This document shows positions 29,301-37,246 of a DNA stretch of 64,000 nucleotides, one piece after another; position 1 is the first letter of the stretch, and every line of letters begins with the position of its first letter. The notes under the pieces were generated by a model, which made no database searches, was not told the origin of the DNA, and was given only the letters and a program-made list of their open reading frames with translations. The DNA lies in the IMG/VR virus record IMGVR_UViG_3300042566_000510, positions 1 to 64,000 of that record, one strand, 5' to 3'. The stretch comes from a virus. Position numbers and translations under genes: made by a program.

Positions 29301-31140
29301 GAGCCTGGGCGAGCGCGTTGCCTCGATCATGGCTGAGCGCCAGAACTTCCAATGGTCCAAGGACATGGATGCCACGGCCAACCGCATCTATGGTGCGGCC
29401 AAGTACCAGGAAGACGTTGACGCCATCCGCGGCAAGTCCCTATCCGACCTGGACGGCAAAGCATACCTGCAAGCCATGTGGGTGCGCACGTACGACCAAG
29501 CTCACAACTCGAGCTCGTTCAACATCGTGTCACCCGAAGGTGATTCGCTGGCGATCGCCAAGGCCAAGACCGGCAACCCGGTCAAGGTGGCATGGGGCGG
29601 CAACAGCACCATTGCCAAGGCCATCTCGATCTTCAACGACGGCTCTGCAAGCAACATCAGCGAGCAGTTGGGCACCAAGCACAAGGTGCGCAACTTCTTC
29701 AACAACATCCTGGTGCCAAAGAGCAAGAACGGCCACGTCACGATCGACACGCACGCCGTCGCTGCTGCGCTGCTGCGACCTCTGTCCGGCAACTCGCTCG
29801 AGGTGATGCAAAACTTTGGCGGCACCTCGAACGCCATCAGTGGTCTACAGGGCACCTATGCTCTGTACGAAGAGGCCTACCGCCGCGCGGCCGAAGAGCT
29901 TGGCCTTCTGCCTCGCGAGCTGCAATCAATCACCTGGGAGGCTGTCCGCGGCCTGTATACCCCGGGCTTTAAGTCACAGTCGAAAAATGTTGACGCTGTT
30001 GATAAAATATGGAATCAGTACAAGAAAGGACGACTGAGCTATGACGGAGCAAAAGAATGGGCACTCGAAACTGCGGGAGGAATTGAGCCTCCTAGCTGGC
30101 TCGGACGCGACCCTGGCGCATATGTTGAAGACGAATCGTCCATTGAGCCTGGAGACGTATCTGGAGATGGAGTATCCGGAAGGGATTCCGAAGACGCTTT
30201 CATCCGAGCAGTGGGCGATGATTCCGGAGCCGCTGAAGAGAGCATCCGACAATCAGGAGACCGAGAAGGACGGGATGAAAGCGGAGGCATTGCGCCGCTT
30301 GCAGGTGCGCCAACTGTTCAAGGCGCGTCCGGGCCAGACCCGCGGCTCGTCCAAGTAGCAAACAAGTACGCCAGCGACAACGGCATCACACTCCGCCGCC
30401 AGGCAGAGTACGTTGAGGTTGACCCCGAGCGCGCAGCTCGGATCGCGGCCGCCTACGAGGCTATGCCGCACGCCCCGCAAGACCGCAAGGTCAAAGCAGC
30501 ATTTGCCAACCTGATCCGCCAGACGCGCGCTCAGTACGACGCGCTGGTTGATGCAGGCTACAAGTTCACGTTCTTCGACTCGAAGAGCGACCCCTACGGC
30601 GGCAACCCATGGAACGCCATGCGTGACCTGCGCGAGAACCAGCGCATGGCCGTGTACGGCACCTATGACGGCTACGGCACCGAAGGTGTGACCAAGAGCA
30701 AGGTCGACGACAACCCAATGCTGGCCGACACCGGCCTTGAGTGGGAAGACCAGAACGGCAAGCTTCATCCAGTGCTGGCCAACGACCTGTTCCGTGCCGT
30801 GCATGATGCTTTCGGTCACGGCCTTGAGGGCACCGGCTTCCGCGCTCGCGGAGAAGAGAATGCGTGGCAGGCTCATATCCGTATGTTCACCGGCTCTGCC
30901 AAAGCTGCGATCACCACAGAAACGCGTGGCCAAAACAGCTGGCTGAACTACGGCCCGTACGGTGAAAAGAACCGCGTCGCCAAAGTTGAAGACACAGTCT
31001 TCGCCGAACAGAAGACTGGCCTGATGCCTGAGTGGACTTGGTCTGAAGGGTTGGCTGAAGACATGCCGACCAAAGACGAGCCCACTTACAATCAGCGCGT
31101 CAACGCCCTCAAAGATTTGATCTCCTGCCTGAAGAAATAA
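23395..31140 (+). CDS. Large polyvalent (ejection) protein 1: GH108-type muramidase, inorganic pyrophosphatase, HExxH peptidase, ART-like domains, HhH DNA-glycosylase-like domain, C-terminal HDxxGH domain
   Basis: 2581 aa; EEGGY..GETNFGI; YG..GT.GADGDKLDVF..DEHKVM; GHEFFH..EE; YHFS; PLVVYHGT; HKVRNF..VTIDTH; FRAVHDAFGH..GEENAW. Confidence 0.85.
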   Translation: MEFKPSISPEQFDMMQGGGQPTSSASPSQKYAGGFDAAASFTLGEEGGYVKDDAGAGETNFGINKRANPDVDIKSLTESGARDLYKTRYWNPIGGDELAKRNPILATIAFDTAINMGPTTAKNFLRAANGDPAKVLEMRAERYRDLLAADPKKFGKYADGWQSRMDKLYELAGTQQPAAQPTNDFSGEGSTAGGIDWNAKEKGFVDRASEGFKRGFDQSIGLGQAAAALVNRTVTGEKYNEFQDEMLQAAGKRMQPEGSAPTPQFSDVVSGGANFKDWLADSVGYLGYQAVEMAASFGIGGLIGKNIAKGAVKEVAEGMIEKEVARLAATDAAKTLSKDEIGALAVKNVAGEIAGSMATFANNLRQTSGGVYMEALDNEAKTGKPADLTNAWVGSIGSALVDTAADIAGARGILGKAGSGNATFLGRAATQVPRQMGIQGGTEYLQSNIENAAAGTDPFTEKAQIQALNEGAVGALGGVFPGLGEARVQRATNPLQSVIDHAEKPGSVLSRAVVSTGVTDQAAAAAASEALPPAADDLVQRVRDVEAGMRNGPVLDNLRDDGVDTRELLNDMQLARRTDAPRVAREAALERIETAIHFANQDAQPRAPLDSIQSNPAFDFTQQEQVEPQQIPDLSAVSTALRDPNLRNTISDEDRDQLLYLYNIAGNSKGDTVVRTNAARQALEIVGRYQTPVGTPGSTTPALEQAAQAGAAIATPAEQQTVAAEPKELDFLQAVPEPKVGIPAGEGPAFLRKRAAVVKQLVDNGFETVQRDSKDFYLTNTKTGQKFKLDGSADAQLARKAIKDRVDALAATNEKNPSQAKINANNYKKSDVIDLNGMKIKIENERGDIRRGVGPDGTPWETKMAHHYGEFQGTIGADGDKLDVFIGQRPDSNKVYVVDQVNQDGSFDEHKVMMGFTSKEDASSGYLANYEKGWTGLGAITEMSVDEFKTWAKSRAAKKPASSVLENAAAAGQDQFTEEEKAEEKSGKFFYVNDGEKQHKLKIIKPGELSKKPSAERPGNRRPLTQADAALIEKVAALLGKNVVFFEAQEGRLSDGFVRPGQPDTIYVATETTVNPLAIFGHEFFHTLRETNPKAWDAVAAVVGTKVTAAKRFRKDRYGKKVADAKGDAALSTEVGGELEELVSDLGGNLLKDSKFWKEVFAKIEADNGAEAKGIIAKLSAAIQSAITRIVKAINQPGYRADSFVKDLDQVRAAFVDAMAAHLKNGDVEKMAATANQKIKKSEDRDGLTVEGYHFSKAPRTVLTTAMFGTGLKGSAREDIKNNPDQRLRQRLSFYFDKGTGINPEAGVGSIAHKATLTNIYDADADPLRLRTGDARAFESKVLDNGYSGYLQRMQGTQSGQVILLGKQTVKPEILGAVGKITNAEVVPAPKQRAADVGDQIMANKDLPAGALTPTQWSEALMQKMPEVAAQLMDIGAFEGNDSMYKDELVAKARQLSSQIKKSADRARDEYAEVEAKYKGTDEWLKAPNGESTNLSERQWIQVRTPSFKKWFGDWEKFAGMQGGVWNDAKNEVSKAVDKNGEPLVVYHGTNKGGFSEFNTPGGEKRGDLGIFTTPNLEMAQTYYSRRGGEIDLSDKDQGDLEDIGYQFKPGFIVKGSDVGFFDSKEQLLEEVELDPGEEIVEAWDVTDPNGYNVDGPRDHSYYFESLADAVGTVNLNMAQESTKESGYYALFANIRNPSESDFEGANWEGSREGQYNVINQDGEQVYDKDGKGVFNSYDEAQEVQFANPGTTVEGAADHYETTDDVVLNAKRYGNDGAYMQNVVDAGPGGGAYIDEPSDIFVALDPSQLKSANYNSGEFSVDSSDLRFSKDRLTREDPFEMSTRIPTAKGKVVEDHAGDLLISDFAAGQKQEKWVNSVANLVAQYPNYREADSAKTPAKKLERLVRHMVENLVWLHNQVPAETRQRSKLWYDGANRIAERMSRKYELTPAQSSGILAVLSPQKDWFMNVSLGERVASIMAERQNFQWSKDMDATANRIYGAAKYQEDVDAIRGKSLSDLDGKAYLQAMWVRTYDQAHNSSSFNIVSPEGDSLAIAKAKTGNPVKVAWGGNSTIAKAISIFNDGSASNISEQLGTKHKVRNFFNNILVPKSKNGHVTIDTHAVAAALLRPLSGNSLEVMQNFGGTSNAISGLQGTYALYEEAYRRAAEELGLLPRELQSITWEAVRGLYTPGFKSQSKNVDAVDKIWNQYKKGRLSYDGAKEWALETAGGIEPPSWLGRDPGAYVEDESSIEPGDVSGDGVSGRDSEDAFIRAVGDDSGAAEESIRQSGDREGRDESGGIAPLAGAPTVQGASGPDPRLVQVANKYASDNGITLRRQAEYVEVDPERAARIAAAYEAMPHAPQDRKVKAAFANLIRQTRAQYDALVDAGYKFTFFDSKSDPYGGNPWNAMRDLRENQRMAVYGTYDGYGTEGVTKSKVDDNPMLADTGLEWEDQNGKLHPVLANDLFRAVHDAFGHGLEGTGFRARGEENAWQAHIRMFTGSAKAAITTETRGQNSWLNYGPYGEKNRVAKVEDTVFAEQKTGLMPEWTWSEGLAEDMPTKDEPTYNQRVNALKDLISCLKK
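30041..30358 (+). CDS. Overprinted small ORF nested in polyvalent protein 1 (putative inhibitor/immunity protein)
   Basis: AAAGGA RBS 10 nt before ATG; G/C third positions move into this frame; host frame is a low-complexity linker; globular-looking core PLSLETYLEMEYPEGIP. Confidence 0.6.
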   Translation: MTEQKNGHSKLREELSLLAGSDATLAHMLKTNRPLSLETYLEMEYPEGIPKTLSSEQWAMIPEPLKRASDNQETEKDGMKAEALRRLQVRQLFKARPGQTRGSSK

Positions 31141-31146
31141 AGAACC

Positions 31147-34100
31147 ATGGCCCAATTCTCAAACTGCCTCCAGATCGTCAACAACATGCCTGAGCGCGAC
31201 CAGGAGGCTCTGCTGAGTCGACTGGATCAGCTCCAAGCTCAAGGCCTGTCAGCCAAGGAGGCGCAGCTTCAGGCGGCCATTGACGTGCTGGCGCAGGTTG
31301 AGCGCGAGGGTCAAGTTCGCAAAAGCGCAGACCGCACCTGGAGCGGGGACGGGTATCGAGCCCTGAACTACAACCCGCCAAAGAATGCAACGGTTGCCGA
31401 TGTAGTCCGATACGAAAGCGAAGAGCTTGGCAATGCAGACATTGGAGAGATGGCCGATGAGTCCGCCAATCAGCTCGGCATTGACCTTTCTGCGATCCCA
31501 GCGTCCGATGCGATCTGGGTGACGCACACCGTAGAGCAGGCAATGCAGTACGGCGAGCGCTCAGACATTGATAAATACCCCGTCAACGGCTGGCTGATCC
31601 TGGCCGACCTTGGCGACGAGGGCGCGCTACTCCTAAATCCCAAGCATGCTCAAGGCATCCTCAAGTCCGTCGACCGCCCTCAGTTCTACAGCCAGCTTCA
31701 GCGCTCAATTGAGCAAGTGCCCGAGCGCCTGGCAACCATGGCTGCGCCAGCATGGAAGCAGTGGCTCACGGCCAACGCCTCTAAGCTCGGCATCAAGGCC
31801 GACGAGCTCGAGTGGTCCGGCATCAAGGACTACCTGGACCTGCAGGGCAAGGCCAAGCTCAATAAGGCTGATCTCTCCTCCTACCTCGACGACAGTGGCG
31901 TCAAGATCTCCGAGGTACAGCTTGACGATGCTGATGCCAAGCGTTCGCGAGCAGACAAGGAGGCTGCAGCAAACAAACTTACGCGAGCCACCTTGGAGCT
32001 CCGCGAAGCTACGCCAAACATTCGTCAGCTGGATGGCGCCAACCTCACCGGATGGGCCGAAGATGCCTATGCCGGCGATGAATTTGCACAGCGGAAGATC
32101 CAAGCACTTAGCCTGGATGACAACGCCATGGCTGCAGTGCGTGAATATGGCCGCGTCGCAGCCGAATTTAACGAGGTTCATAACACTCGCAATTCACCGG
32201 CAACCAAGTACGGCCAGTACACCCTGCCAGGTGGTGAGAACTACCGCGAGGTGCTGATCACGCTGCCGGTAACGCCAAAAGATGGCGCCACCATTCAGCA
32301 GGCGTCATCTGGTTTCTGGCGTGTCACATTCAAAAATGGCGACACGGCAATGTTCAAGACGGAGTCGGAGGCTCGCGCAGCGGCTGGCGGAAGCGATGCG
32401 TACACATCAAGTCACTGGGACCAGAAGAACATCCTTGCCCACATCCGCGTCAACGACCGAGTCGCACAAGAGCCTGGCTTCATTGTGCGCAACACCCGCT
32501 CCGGCAACCGCAGCGAAGTGTTTGCAACCCGCGAGCAAGCTGAGGACTACCAAGCCAAGATGCCTGCGTCCTTGAAGACGGAAATCGTTGAGCAGCCTCG
32601 CGAAGTAAAAGTTCTCTTCGTGGAAGAAGTTCAATCGGACTGGGGCCAAGAAGGTAAGAAGAAAGGGTTCGCCGGCCAGAATGGCGCGCCTTTGTCTGAG
32701 CAGGAATACAAGCGCGCTGCCGAGCTGCAAAAGCGTGACCGCCTTGGCGGCGAGCCCTTGAGCGCCACTGAGCGCGCAGAGTTTGACGCGCTGATGGCCC
32801 GTCACACGCGAGCTCATGAGGGACTGATGGTTCCCAACGCCCCCTTCGTCACCAAGACCGAAGGCTGGCTCAACCTCGCGCTCAAGCGCATCGCCATGAT
32901 GGCCGTCGAGGGTGGCTACGACAAGGTGGCTTTCGTCAACGGCGAGCAGTCGGCTGACCGCTACAGCCTGGAAAAGCAAGTCGATGAGCTTTCCTACGAG
33001 CCAACAGCCAAGGGCTACTACATCAACGTGATGGCCAGCGGTCGCAACATCAAGAGTGGCGACTTCACGAAGAGCGAGCTCGAGGACATTGTCGGCAAAG
33101 AGATTGTCCAAAAGATGGACGCTCGCGAAGGCAAGGTCGAGGGCACGCCAGGGGCTCCGGACTACGAAGATTTGAAGGATATTCGCACTCTGAGTGGCGA
33201 CGGTCTCAAAGTCGGCGGTGAAGGCATGAAGACCTTCTACGACAAGCTCGTGCCACAGGCTCTCAACAAGCTGCTGCCTAAGCTGGGCGGTGAGAAGCTG
33301 GGCGCCGTCGAGATCGACGTGCAAGGAACCGGCCTGCAGACTCGGTACGAGTACCAAGGCCCAGAGCTCAAGCGATCCGAGATCGATGCAATTGCAAGGT
33401 CAGGCGATTTCTCTGTATCGATTGAGCGTCAGTTGCGCGAAATCGGTAGCTTTGTGGAAGTCGGAGTGCCCATGGCGGAGGCGGTGCAAAAGTATGGCTC
33501 CATCTCTGCGGCTGAAGCGCTCGGCGGCAAGCTGGTGCCAATGAAGAATGCGATGTCCGCGCAACCAGGCTTCGACGTCACAGACAAGATGCGCGAGACC
33601 GTGTCTGCCGGTGTGCCGCTTTTCAGCCGTGATCGCCAGACAGAGACGCCTGAGTTTAAGAAGTGGTTTGGCGACAGTAAGGTGGTGGATGCTGAGGGTA
33701 AGCCGCTGGTGGTTTATCACGGGACTGGCGGCGACTTCGATTCATTCGATGCCGCTCGCTCGGGCCAGAACTACGCTCGACGTGGCGGAGAAAAAGGCTT
33801 CTTCTTCACGAACAGGCCAATTCCCGCTGGCGTGTACGCCGAACAGGCGAGCGGAGCCTTCTTTGGTGACGAAGAGAACCCTCGCTTCGGCGACGGTACG
33901 GCCAACATCATGCCGGTGTACCTGTCGCTGCAGAATCCCTACGTCCGCAAAGCGACCGGCTCTCCTGACAAATGGTTCGATTCAAACCACAGCGCCTTGC
34001 TGGCTGCCGCCGAAAAAGCTGGCGCTGACGGCATCATTGTTAATGGCGGCAAAGGATTTGAGATCCGCAGCGTTTACATCGCATTCAGCCCCACCCAAAT

Positions 34101-36909
34101 TAAATCCGCCACAGGCAACAACGGCCAGTTCGACGCGACCAACCCAGACATCCGCAAGTCTGCCGACCGCCCTTGGTTCGACGACCTGAGTAAGCTTAAG
34201 GTCACAACCAACTACCAGCTCGGCGACTTGCTGAAGACCAGCAAGAAGCTGTCTTGGTGGGATCGCACCATCGGCACACAGTACAACCTGGCGCAGAAGC
34301 ACCCGCAGTTCAAGCGCGTGTTCGACGCTGTGCAGCGCTTCATCAACGACGTGTCGCTCTACGCCACCCGTGCTGCCGACCTGGCGCCAACCTGGCTGCC
34401 AAAACTGGATGGCATTTCGGACATCAACCCGTTCAGCAAGAATTTCAAGCGCCCAGTTTCCGCGGAGGACGTCAAGGCTTTGCGTGACCCCATCTTTGGC
34501 GGCACGCTCAAGTACACCCGCGACGAAAACGGAGAGCTGATCGAGTCGGATGATGTGTCCACTGCAGGCGTGGTGTTCACCAACGAAGAGCTGCGCACAA
34601 ACTTCGGCTTGAACGATCGCCAGATCGGCCTGTACCGCGAGTTCCGCAAGTCGGTCAACAAGAGCATTTCAGACTTGGCCGTATCGGATTCGCTGCGCTA
34701 CCTCGGTAAAGATGGCGAAGGCGTGCGCCAGCGAGCGCTTGACGCCGCCAATCTGGATGACGCACTAAATGCCATGGTTGCTCACCTTGATCAGTTGATC
34801 GCTCAGCAGCCGGAGCGCGCAGAGGTACTTGAAGATAGTAAGCGCGTCATCAAAGAGAAGGCGGGCCAGGCCATCGGCGCAATGTCACGCGGTTACGCAC
34901 CTTTGTCTCGCTTTGGTGAGTACACGGTCTACGCTACCGGCGAAGGGCTCGAGGAACCCATCTTCTTCATGTTCGAGAATGAGCGCGATGCAAACGTGCG
35001 TGCTCGCGAATTACAACGCGAATTCCCAGACGCCAACATTGAGCAAGGAACGATGAGCCAAGAGAGCTACAAGCTCTTTAGCGGCGTGACGCCAGAATCG
35101 CTTGCCCTGTTTGGCGAGGCTCTTGGGCTCGAGGAGTCCGGCGCCGACACCAAGTCGCAGGCATTCCAGATGATGCTGAAGATGGCCAAGGGAAACCGGT
35201 CCGCCATGAAGCGCATGATTGAGCGTAAGGGTATTGAGGGCTTCAGCGAAGATGCTGGTCGCGTGCTGGCTGGCTTCGTGTACAGCAATGCGCGTCAGAT
35301 CTCGACCAACCTGCATGCCGGAGAAATCGCACGCAGTGTCCAAGAAATCGATCAGCGAAATGGCGACGTTAAGGACCAAGCTGTCCGTTTGATGGAATAC
35401 GTGCAGAACCCACGCGAAGAGGCTCAAGCCTTACGCGGCCTGATGTTTACGCAGTTCATCGGTGGCTCTATCGCTTCGGCCATAGTCAACATGACTCAGC
35501 CGTTCACCATGACCCTGCCTTACCTGAGTCAGTTCGACGGCGCCACCGGTGCCGCCTCTCGCATGGCCGACGCAGTGAAGCTGGCCTCTCGCGGCATTCG
35601 CAATGACGACGACCTCAAGGCTGCACTCAAGCGCGGAGAGGATCTCGGGATTGTTAGTCCGCAGGAAGTGCATCAGCTCATGGCTCAGGCTCAAGGCAAG
35701 GGCAAGCTGCAAACCGGCGACGGCACCAAGATGGGCGACGCTGCGGCCAAGGTGAACAACGGCCTAGCCAAGCTTGGTCTGGCGTGGGGCAAGGTGTTCT
35801 CGGCTGCCGAACAGTTCAACCGTCGCGTGACCTTCATCGCTGCCTACAAGCTGGCTCGCGACCAAGGCATGGCCGATCCAATGGCTTTCGCTGAGAAGGC
35901 CATCGCTGAGACGCAAGGCGTGTACAACAAAGGCAACAAGCCAAACTGGGCTCGCGGCGCAGTGGGCGGCACCTTGTTCACGTTCAAGCAGTATTCAATC
36001 GGCTACCTCGAGTTCTTGCGCCGCATGTGGGGTAACGGACCAGAGGGCAAGAAGGCCGTCGGCCTCGCGCTTGGCGTGTTGTTCCTCATGTCTGGCTTGG
36101 GCGGCATGCCTGGCTCCGACGATCTGGATGACGTCATCGACGGCTTCATGCAGCGCGTGCTCGGCCGTAGCTTTGACAGCAAGCAAGCGAAGAAAGAGTT
36201 CTTCGCCAGCATCCTGGGTCAATCCGGCGCTGAGTTTGTGATGAGCGGACTGTCTGGCTTGCCAGGCATGCCAATCGACTTCTCCGGTCGCACGGGTCTA
36301 GGCAACATAGCTCCAGGCACTGGCATCTTCACCAAGAAGCGCGACTACGCCCAGGACTACAAAGAGGTGCTTGGCCCTGTCGGCACGCTGGCAACAAATG
36401 CAGGATCTTTCCTGGCAAACTTTGCGGCCGGCGAGTTCGGCAAGGCTGCGGAATCGGTTGCGCCGGTTGCTGCGCAGAACGTCATCAAGGCAATCGACAT
36501 GGCGCAGATGGGCTTCTATCGCGATGCTAAGGGCCGCAAGGTCATTGACACAACGCTGAGCGAAGCCATCCTCAAGGGTGCAGGCTTCCAGCCACGTTCG
36601 GTCAGTCAGATCCAGCAAGCCACCGGCGAGCAGCAGGGTCTCATCGCGCAGAACCGTTTGGCATGGCAGGAGATCCGTGATCTCGCTGTTGCCGGTCGCG
36701 TCGAGAAGGATGAGGCCAAGCTTGCAGAGGCGCGCCGTCGCTTTGGCCAGTGGAATCGCAACAACCCTGACAGCCCAATCCGCTGGAATCAAGAGTCCAT
36801 CAACAGCGGCGTCAAAGAAGCCAACAAGCCAAAGGCTGAGCGCATCGCTGATGCTGCGCCCAAGCAGATCCGCGGCACAGTCAAGCGAGAACTTGAGAAG
36901 GCCGACTGA
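31147..36909 (+). CDS. Large polyvalent protein 2: EExQSDW domain, ART-PolyVal-like domain, PLxRFG domain, C-terminal helical (LPD38-like) region
   Basis: 1920 aa; LFVEEVQSDWGQ; PLVVYHGT..GFFFT..PVYL..NP..DGII..F.PTQIKS; YAPLSRFGEY. Confidence 0.85.
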   Translation: MAQFSNCLQIVNNMPERDQEALLSRLDQLQAQGLSAKEAQLQAAIDVLAQVEREGQVRKSADRTWSGDGYRALNYNPPKNATVADVVRYESEELGNADIGEMADESANQLGIDLSAIPASDAIWVTHTVEQAMQYGERSDIDKYPVNGWLILADLGDEGALLLNPKHAQGILKSVDRPQFYSQLQRSIEQVPERLATMAAPAWKQWLTANASKLGIKADELEWSGIKDYLDLQGKAKLNKADLSSYLDDSGVKISEVQLDDADAKRSRADKEAAANKLTRATLELREATPNIRQLDGANLTGWAEDAYAGDEFAQRKIQALSLDDNAMAAVREYGRVAAEFNEVHNTRNSPATKYGQYTLPGGENYREVLITLPVTPKDGATIQQASSGFWRVTFKNGDTAMFKTESEARAAAGGSDAYTSSHWDQKNILAHIRVNDRVAQEPGFIVRNTRSGNRSEVFATREQAEDYQAKMPASLKTEIVEQPREVKVLFVEEVQSDWGQEGKKKGFAGQNGAPLSEQEYKRAAELQKRDRLGGEPLSATERAEFDALMARHTRAHEGLMVPNAPFVTKTEGWLNLALKRIAMMAVEGGYDKVAFVNGEQSADRYSLEKQVDELSYEPTAKGYYINVMASGRNIKSGDFTKSELEDIVGKEIVQKMDAREGKVEGTPGAPDYEDLKDIRTLSGDGLKVGGEGMKTFYDKLVPQALNKLLPKLGGEKLGAVEIDVQGTGLQTRYEYQGPELKRSEIDAIARSGDFSVSIERQLREIGSFVEVGVPMAEAVQKYGSISAAEALGGKLVPMKNAMSAQPGFDVTDKMRETVSAGVPLFSRDRQTETPEFKKWFGDSKVVDAEGKPLVVYHGTGGDFDSFDAARSGQNYARRGGEKGFFFTNRPIPAGVYAEQASGAFFGDEENPRFGDGTANIMPVYLSLQNPYVRKATGSPDKWFDSNHSALLAAAEKAGADGIIVNGGKGFEIRSVYIAFSPTQIKSATGNNGQFDATNPDIRKSADRPWFDDLSKLKVTTNYQLGDLLKTSKKLSWWDRTIGTQYNLAQKHPQFKRVFDAVQRFINDVSLYATRAADLAPTWLPKLDGISDINPFSKNFKRPVSAEDVKALRDPIFGGTLKYTRDENGELIESDDVSTAGVVFTNEELRTNFGLNDRQIGLYREFRKSVNKSISDLAVSDSLRYLGKDGEGVRQRALDAANLDDALNAMVAHLDQLIAQQPERAEVLEDSKRVIKEKAGQAIGAMSRGYAPLSRFGEYTVYATGEGLEEPIFFMFENERDANVRARELQREFPDANIEQGTMSQESYKLFSGVTPESLALFGEALGLEESGADTKSQAFQMMLKMAKGNRSAMKRMIERKGIEGFSEDAGRVLAGFVYSNARQISTNLHAGEIARSVQEIDQRNGDVKDQAVRLMEYVQNPREEAQALRGLMFTQFIGGSIASAIVNMTQPFTMTLPYLSQFDGATGAASRMADAVKLASRGIRNDDDLKAALKRGEDLGIVSPQEVHQLMAQAQGKGKLQTGDGTKMGDAAAKVNNGLAKLGLAWGKVFSAAEQFNRRVTFIAAYKLARDQGMADPMAFAEKAIAETQGVYNKGNKPNWARGAVGGTLFTFKQYSIGYLEFLRRMWGNGPEGKKAVGLALGVLFLMSGLGGMPGSDDLDDVIDGFMQRVLGRSFDSKQAKKEFFASILGQSGAEFVMSGLSGLPGMPIDFSGRTGLGNIAPGTGIFTKKRDYAQDYKEVLGPVGTLATNAGSFLANFAAGEFGKAAESVAPVAAQNVIKAIDMAQMGFYRDAKGRKVIDTTLSEAILKGAGFQPRSVSQIQQATGEQQGLIAQNRLAWQEIRDLAVAGRVEKDEAKLAEARRRFGQWNRNNPDSPIRWNQESINSGVKEANKPKAERIADAAPKQIRGTVKRELEKAD

Positions 36910-36940
36910 CCGACTCTCCTCTGCGTCGCATTGCCACAGG

Positions 36941-36967
36941 CCCACCCTTCGGGGTGGGTCTTTTTTC
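36941..36967 (+). terminator. Intrinsic terminator ending the virion operon
   Basis: CCCACCC-TTCG-GGGTGGG followed by TCTTTTTT. Confidence 0.85.
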
Positions 36968-37040
36968 ATTGGCGTGGCGAAAAAACAACGGTTCCGCAAA
37001 TCACCTCCGCACGCCGGTTCGGTTCTCATTAGCATCGGTG

Positions 37041-37157
37041 ATGCATATTCTTTCCGGCATTGCCATTCTTATCGGCCTACTCGCCATCGCGGCCACTCAC
37101 ACTCTTGCGGCGATCATTGTGTTCGGCCTGCTGTACCTACTCTGGCGGTCGTGCTAA
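37041..37157 (+). CDS. 38-aa hydrophobic membrane peptide
   Basis: MHILSGIAILIGLLAIAATHTLAAIIVFGLLYLLWRSC; no clear RBS. Confidence 0.4.
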   Translation: MHILSGIAILIGLLAIAATHTLAAIIVFGLLYLLWRSC

Positions 37158-37170
37158 GCTATTGGACTGT

Positions 37171-37242
37171 GGTGCGGTGGCCGAATGGTAAGGCACCAGT
37201 CTGCAAAACTGCGTCTCGTGGGTTCGATTCCCTCCCGCACCT
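37171..37242 (+). tRNA. tRNA-Cys (GCA), CCA not encoded
   Basis: Acceptor GGTGCGG/CCGCACC, D arm GCC-GAATGGTAA-GGC, anticodon loop CTGCAAA, T loop TTCGATT, discriminator U; one mismatch each in the anticodon and T stems. Confidence 0.88.
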
Positions 37243-37246
37243 ATCC

